This document shows positions 58,878 to 64,000 of a stretch of DNA of 64,000 nt, piece by piece; the stretch's first letter is position 1, and the number at the start of each line of letters is the position of its first letter. Both the position numbers and the translations under genes were made by a program. The notes under the pieces are model-generated. The model was not told the DNA's origin. It saw nothing but the letters and a program-made list of their open reading frames with translations, and made no database searches. This DNA comes from Spirochaetia bacterium (GTDB lineage: Bacteria > Spirochaetota > Spirochaetia > DSM-2461). The stretch is from NCBI GenBank assembly GCA_963666985.2, contig CAXXIA010000002.1, positions 160,001-224,000 on the forward strand, given 5' to 3'.

Positions 58878-59707
58878 TCTTCCACCTCCATAAATCGATT
58901 GTTACGAAATTCCAATGTGTTCACCACGGGACAAGCACCGTCGGCCGATGTGCATTGATAACAGCTGATGCAATGATGATTCCTCACTGTTTTCGATGTG
59001 GAAACAGGAATATTCATCGGACAGGCCTTGTCACAGGCTTTGCAGGAAATACACGTTACCGTATTTCTCCGTAAAGGAAAAAGCCGGAAAAAATTCGTCA
59101 GCCCGAGGAAGGCTCCATAGGGACAGGCATACTTACAGAAGGGCCTTTCAATAAAGAGTGAAGCAAGAACGACAACTCCCAAAACAATGAACCCGGAAAC
59201 GGCGACTTCACCGGTCCAGAATTGGAAGAGAGCATAATAGGGATCGATGTTGGCAAAAAGAAGCTGACCGGATTTCGCGGTCATAAAAAGAACCCAAAGA
59301 AGAACCAGATAGCGGAAATAACCGAGCAGACGATGTACTGCGGGGGGAATCATCCGGTTATACCGTTTTTTAAAAATCTTCTTCCCTATTCCCGCAATCC
59401 ATTCCTGAAACGTTCCGAAGGGACAAATCCATCCGCAGAAAACAGGACCGAGAATAACCGCGGAAAGGAGGACGATAATCATCAGGATAAGAGACGATGC
59501 ATGGATTTTCTTAACAAAGCGACCTTCAGTAAACACTTGATAAAGAGTTACGACACCGCCGAAAGGACAGACCGCATGCAGCGACGCATCACTTAAAACG
59601 GGGATACTCCCGCCGTTTTCGGCTAAGGTGTGGTTCACCGCGATAAGAGCCATCAAAACGAAAAAGACGATTTGAATGGTTTTTCGAAAGACTTTTGCTT
59701 TTTTCAT
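58874..59707 (-). CDS. Membrane 4Fe-4S binding protein (NapH/MauN/YccM-like)
   Basis: CPFGG, FCGWICPFG, FCKYACPYG, two CxxCxxCxxxCP-type motifs, several TM helices. Confidence 0.9.
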   Translation of the reverse strand: MKKAKVFRKTIQIVFFVLMALIAVNHTLAENGGSIPVLSDASLHAVCPFGGVVTLYQVFTEGRFVKKIHASSLILMIIVLLSAVILGPVFCGWICPFGTFQEWIAGIGKKIFKKRYNRMIPPAVHRLLGYFRYLVLLWVLFMTAKSGQLLFANIDPYYALFQFWTGEVAVSGFIVLGVVVLASLFIERPFCKYACPYGAFLGLTNFFRLFPLRRNTVTCISCKACDKACPMNIPVSTSKTVRNHHCISCYQCTSADGACPVVNTLEFRNNRFMEVEE

Positions 59708-59728
59708 ATCTACTCCCCGTCATAATTA

Positions 59729-59756
59729 TTGTTCCTATCGTTCAGGATAGGAACAA
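59729..59756. terminator. Perfect 11-bp-stem hairpin between the DUF2202 and 4Fe-4S genes
   Basis: TTGTTCCTATC-GTTCAG-GATAGGAACAA. Confidence 0.5.
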
Positions 59757-59807
59757 CAACCGCCGAATGATTCCTAAATCATGCCGTGCGACACGAAAGT
59801 TCAGCCG

Positions 59808-60332
59808 CTACTTATAACGGGCCAGCTGCCTGTTGAAGGCATCCAAATGATTCTCCGATCCCCGAAGAAGATCATCATAAACAGAGAGAATCATCTGATT
59901 TTCCGTCTTGTCCATAAGGCTCTGAAGGTCATCGATATCCAGTTCTTCGATATCACGTCCCACAAGAAGGGCCTCATATTGAGATTTGCTTCCTCTCTCG
60001 ATGAGCTCATCATAGAGTTCGGTCAGCTTCGGATCCTTGAAATTGCCGATGTCCGATTCATTTTTCACGGGATCGGTAATATTGAAGGCTTCAAGAAGCT
60101 CCTTCATGTGATCCATGTGAACCTGTTCGCTCTTGCTGATGTTATTAAAAACTCTGAGATTCCACATCTCACCAAGCGTCAGGTAGACATCCCGAGCCAA
60201 TTTTTCCTCTTCCCTCATAAGCAGCAATCCATCGATTTCATCCCGTGAAAGACTGTCCGCCGCCGACTGAGCCCCTACCGCAAACGTGAGAACCGTAATG
60301 ATGAAAGCCGAAAAAACAATCCTTTGAAACAT
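59808..60332 (-). CDS. Exported ferritin-like DUF2202 protein
   Basis: Signal peptide; MREEEKLARDVY, SEQVHM, IEELDI, GSENHL. Confidence 0.88.
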   Translation of the reverse strand: MFQRIVFSAFIITVLTFAVGAQSAADSLSRDEIDGLLLMREEEKLARDVYLTLGEMWNLRVFNNISKSEQVHMDHMKELLEAFNITDPVKNESDIGNFKDPKLTELYDELIERGSKSQYEALLVGRDIEELDIDDLQSLMDKTENQMILSVYDDLLRGSENHLDAFNRQLARYK

Positions 60333-60517
60333 TGCCGAACCTCCCGCCCGAAATGGCCGATACCCTCCGGGCATTTACTATTTTCAAGTAGGAAATATCT
60401 CTGAGGATAATGAACCGTTCATGAATAGAATATGTTTATTCATATATTCTATCAATTATATTAAAAGGTTTTTATTCTGCCGTCTGTGAACAACGCGAAG
60501 AATTATCCAAAAAAGAA

Positions 60518-61729
60518 TCAGTCGTCGCTTTCACCCGAATCATCGAGAATCCGCGGATCGGCCGCAACAACGTCAACCGCGGAGACTTCGGGAGAGGGCT
60601 GAAAATCATCTTTCATGGGAGAAGGCTCGGCCATATGCACCACGCGCTGAGGAAAAGGAATCTCGATTCCGGAGTTTTTGAATGATCTCCAAATTTCCAT
60701 ATTGGTCCAACTCATGGCATCGGCGCGGTCGGCGACATCACGAATCCACGTCCGAAGCTGCATGGTAATCCCGGAGTCGGCGAAATTCATTACCCGGACG
60801 AAAATATTGGATGAAGGCTGCAGCCAGGGATTCTTTTCGGCTACCGTCCGAAGCACGCTTGAAACTTCATCCAGATTGGAATTATAAGAAACATCCACTT
60901 CGTTAACAATGACGACACTCCGATCCTTGTAGCTGAAATTGTGAATGGTGCCGCCCGTCAGATGACTGTTGGGAATAATGAGGGTTTCATTCTCGAAGGT
61001 CAGCAGTTCCGTATTCATCAGCCTGATTCGCTTGATAATCCCGTCGAAGTCGTCGACACGAATACGATCTCCCTCCTTGAGCAGTCCCATGCTGATAAGG
61101 GTAATTCCGGCAAAAAAGTCGGCTACCACGGATTGGAGACCGAAGCCGATACCAATACCGAGAACACCGAAAAGAACCCCGATGACCGATAGATCGATAC
61201 CGATAATGGAAAATCCGAAAAGAAAAACCAGGACCATTACCACGTAACGCAGGAGCCTGCCGATGGTGAAAGATTGTTCGGCATCAAGACCGAAGCGCTT
61301 AAGAGGTCTCGCCTGAAGACCGCGGTCAACAAGGCGGCCTGTCCAGCTGGCAACGGCGACAACGGGGATGATGAGTATAAGGGTGACGACGGAAATGGCG
61401 GTATTGCCGCTGCTGAAGAAAGGCGTATTCAAAATACGGAAGAAATTCCCGAAGGCTTTCCACGCCTGAGCACCCATCAGGGAAGTCGCCGCCAGAATAA
61501 TCCCCAGGACCAGCATCAGCCTGACAAGACGGCGGGACCAGAGAAGGACAACGTGCCGACGCTCTTCTTTTACATATCGGGTGCTGATGCGCCGTATGAC
61601 GATGGAAATAATCAAAACGGCCAAAAACATCCCAACAACGGGAACGGCAAAACGAAGCAGTAAGTCCTTCATGGAAAAAGGTAAGCTGTGACTCCCGATA
61701 ACGACGGTTTTATTCAGCCATTCACCCAT
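60518..61729 (-). CDS. mscS: Small-conductance mechanosensitive channel
   Basis: GIGIGFGLQ, GDRI, IPNS, NFS, GIEIPFPQR. Confidence 0.92.
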   Translation of the reverse strand: MGEWLNKTVVIGSHSLPFSMKDLLLRFAVPVVGMFLAVLIISIVIRRISTRYVKEERRHVVLLWSRRLVRLMLVLGIILAATSLMGAQAWKAFGNFFRILNTPFFSSGNTAISVVTLILIIPVVAVASWTGRLVDRGLQARPLKRFGLDAEQSFTIGRLLRYVVMVLVFLFGFSIIGIDLSVIGVLFGVLGIGIGFGLQSVVADFFAGITLISMGLLKEGDRIRVDDFDGIIKRIRLMNTELLTFENETLIIPNSHLTGGTIHNFSYKDRSVVIVNEVDVSYNSNLDEVSSVLRTVAEKNPWLQPSSNIFVRVMNFADSGITMQLRTWIRDVADRADAMSWTNMEIWRSFKNSGIEIPFPQRVVHMAEPSPMKDDFQPSPEVSAVDVVAADPRILDDSGESDD

Positions 61730-61896
61730 CAGATTCTCCTTTGGTATCGGGCCGTTTCATTGCCGAACGGCATGCCGCATCATACACCATTCCCCGATAT
61801 ATACATTACTCTCATCCGTAAGAAAACAATCCCCTCCGGCGATTCGGTCTCCGCCGGTCTCCGCCGGCATTAGGAGCGCCGAAGCCTTGATAAGGA

Positions 61897-63369
61897 TTAG
61901 CCCTCTCTTGCGAACGCTTCGGCTTTCGAGGCCATCTCTTCATCCAGGAACCCCGCGGCCAGCCCCGCCTGCAGAAGATCCTCGATTCTCGCCCAGGAAT
62001 GAAGCCGGATACCGGCGGATTCCATGTCACGGCGGCCCAGGGTTCCCCGTTCTATAAGCACCACAAGATCACCAACCGCCAGACCCGCTTCCTTGAGAAC
62101 CGCCGCCGCCTCGCGCTTGCTGCCTCCGGTTGTAATCAGATCATCAAGCATAACGGCACAATCCCCTTTCTTCCAAACACCTTCCACGCGGGCTCCGGAG
62201 CCATGTTCCTTTTTTTCAAGCCGCGGAAAAATAAGGCTCATGCCGGAAGCCAGCGAGGCGGCGGTCGCCAGCGGCAAAGCGGCTACCGGGATACCGGCGA
62301 TATGGTCGGCTTGTATGCCCGCGATAAGCTCCGCGTATGCCCGTCCCGCCAATGCAAGCAGACGAGGTTCGGCGCCGATGCGCCTTAAATCGATGTAGAA
62401 AGGTGATATTTTTCCCGACTTAAGAAGGAACTCTCCTGTGCGGAATGCACCGATTCGGAAAAGTCCTTCCAGAAGTTCCCGGCGTTCGTCTTCGGAAAGA
62501 ATCACGAAGCTCTTGGAAGATGCCGCTTTTTCATCGGCGGTATCGCTCTTCCCCGACTTCACGGCACCCCGATGTTTTCGTGCCTCGTCAAGAACATCCC
62601 GAAGCTCCTCGGCGGCCGCGGCCGGATCGGAAGCATCGGCAACCGAACGGCTGGCCGAAACAAGAACGCCGAATCCGTCGCTTCTGGCTCCGGCGGCCAC
62701 GGCCTCATCGGCGTTTCCGCCCTGTGCTCCAATCCCCGGAGCCAGAAACCAGGTTTCCGGATGGCGTTCGCGCACCGAAGCAAGGATGCGCGGATCGTTT
62801 CCCGCCACAACCAGCCCCACCGACGGGGTTTCGGACTTGCGATTCCAGCTTAAAACCTCATCGGCGACGGCCAGATAGAACGGTGTTCCATCATCCAGAA
62901 TTCGTTCTTGAAGAGCGCCGGCGCCGGGATTGGTGGTACGGCAGAGAAGAAAAACACCCTTATCCTTCCGACTCATAAAAGGCTCGACCGATTCGCGGCC
63001 GAGATAAGGCGACAAGGTAACGGCAAGAGCGCCGGGTCTGTCGAGAAGGGCCTGGGCATAGGCCTCCGCGGTGGAGCCGATATCACCTCTTTTGGCATCA
63101 AGGATAATCGGGAAATCAGGATCGATAGTTCGAATATAATCAAGGATCGCTTCAAGAGCGTTCCAGCCCGAGGCGCCGTGACGTTCGAAAAACGCCAATT
63201 GCGGTTTAAAGGCGACGACGAAAGGAGAACAGGCGTCGACGACTCTGCGGCCGTAGTCAACCAGTTCATCGAAAGAGTCGTTACTCTTCTCAATTCTGGG
63301 ATCAATCCCGACACAAAGCGGGCCGCCTTTTTTCCGAGCGGCGGCTTCCAGCGATTCAAAGAAAGTCAT
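61897..63369 (-). CDS. pyrF: Bifunctional OMP decarboxylase / orotate phosphoribosyltransferase (PyrF-PyrE fusion)
   Basis: LCVGIDP, KPQLAFFE, DAKRGDIGST, PGIGAQGG; then LKSGKISPFYIDLR, KEHG, LDDLITTGGS. Confidence 0.95.
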   Translation of the reverse strand: MTFFESLEAAARKKGGPLCVGIDPRIEKSNDSFDELVDYGRRVVDACSPFVVAFKPQLAFFERHGASGWNALEAILDYIRTIDPDFPIILDAKRGDIGSTAEAYAQALLDRPGALAVTLSPYLGRESVEPFMSRKDKGVFLLCRTTNPGAGALQERILDDGTPFYLAVADEVLSWNRKSETPSVGLVVAGNDPRILASVRERHPETWFLAPGIGAQGGNADEAVAAGARSDGFGVLVSASRSVADASDPAAAAEELRDVLDEARKHRGAVKSGKSDTADEKAASSKSFVILSEDERRELLEGLFRIGAFRTGEFLLKSGKISPFYIDLRRIGAEPRLLALAGRAYAELIAGIQADHIAGIPVAALPLATAASLASGMSLIFPRLEKKEHGSGARVEGVWKKGDCAVMLDDLITTGGSKREAAAVLKEAGLAVGDLVVLIERGTLGRRDMESAGIRLHSWARIEDLLQAGLAAGFLDEEMASKAEAFAREG

Positions 63370-63590
63370 GGGCGCCAGTATAGCCCGTATCCTTCAGGAG
63401 ATAAATCGGCGAAAAAATCGAACGGAACGGACCGATAAAGCGGCCCGTTTTCTCATACCACAAACCGCCGGGATTTCCCGTCCGCTTCTGATCCGTCCGC
63501 TTCCAATCCGCCCGAATTGAAAGAACCGACCGCCGACCGCGCCATCACCGCTCATCACCGCGGCCGCCGGCATAGCCCAAGCCTCTTTTA

Positions 63591-64000
63591 TCAAACACCC
63601 TCAAGCCACAGAACCGACCAGGGATCGAGTTCGATACGGCCGTCCTTTACGGTAATCCTGTTACCGCCGATCAGATCCCTCAAAGAATCGGCGGCCGAAA
63701 AATCACCGGGAATATCGACAAGCTGCGGCTCGCCCGATACAGACTGCAAACACAGAACGGAACGTCCCTCCGAGGAGGTTCGAATCAAGGCGAAAAGAAG
63801 AGGTCCCAAATCCAGAATCTTCTGCGCGGCCGCGGGATGAAACGCGGAATGGCCGCTTCGGGCCTTCAGCATTTTCGCGTATCCGGTGAAAATTCGATGC
63901 CGAAGACCGGAGGAATCATCAAGTTCGGCGATTAAGTCATCGTACGAAAGTTTCTCCCGGTTGATGGTGCGGTTTACTCCGGTAATGCCCACGCCGTCTT
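63591..64000 (-). CDS. GH13_18 sucrose/glucosylglycerate phosphorylase-family protein, C-terminal part (5' end outside window)
   Basis: NRTINREKL...AEL.D...R..IF..Y..ML.AR..HSAFHP.A.Q and terminal beta-sandwich LDPWSVLWL. Confidence 0.8.
   Translation of the reverse strand, partial: DGVGITGVNRTINREKLSYDDLIAELDDSSGLRHRIFTGYAKMLKARSGHSAFHPAAAQKILDLGPLLFALIRTSSEGRSVLCLQSVSGEPQLVDIPGDFSAADSLRDLIGGNRITVKDGRIELDPWSVLWLEGV

Noticed and set aside
61846..63570. Short intergenic tandem repeats (GGTCTCCGCC x2 near 61846; C-rich repeats near 63530)
   Set aside because: Only two short copies each, no evidence of function
1..64000. CRISPR array, IS element or prophage
   Set aside because: No regularly spaced repeats, transposase, integrase or phage structural genes recognised

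Overview
Chromosomal segment of a moderately GC-rich, probably free-living anaerobic spirochaete (Spirochaetales-type genes and gene order; the taxon is inferred from protein families). It holds about 50 CDS and one tRNA-Met(CAT); no prophage, IS, integrase or CRISPR array was recognised. Housekeeping genes include murB, mgtE, mpg, mutL, pth, ferredoxin, epmA-efp, mscS and a pyrF-pyrE fusion. Three less ordinary modules stand out. (1) At 45.6-56.9 kb (minus strand) is a tightly coupled, GntR/HutC-regulated nucleoside-type ABC uptake and catabolic operon: BMP lipoprotein ABC transporter, cysteine hydrolase, PfkB kinase, atypical nucleoside phosphorylase, BtpA/SgcQ barrel and Fe-alcohol dehydrogenase. 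It ends in two tandem stand-alone TrpA-like barrels with no trpB and altered active-site residues, and is the best candidate for an undescribed pathway. (2) At 3.5-16.7 kb is a putative trans-envelope signalling cluster: a class III cyclase with a degenerate CheA-like N-terminal module, a FecR-FN3 protein, two paralogous FN3/IPT/beta-barrel proteins and a 1520-aa beta-helix lipoprotein. (3) At 17.7-24.4 kb is a signalling block: STAND-like ATPase, HATPase, PilZ, STAS, RsbW-like kinase and a pore-less voltage-sensor/HAMP protein. Many genes, especially at 16.7-23.3 kb, carry single-base insertions that look like long-read consensus errors rather than true pseudogenes.
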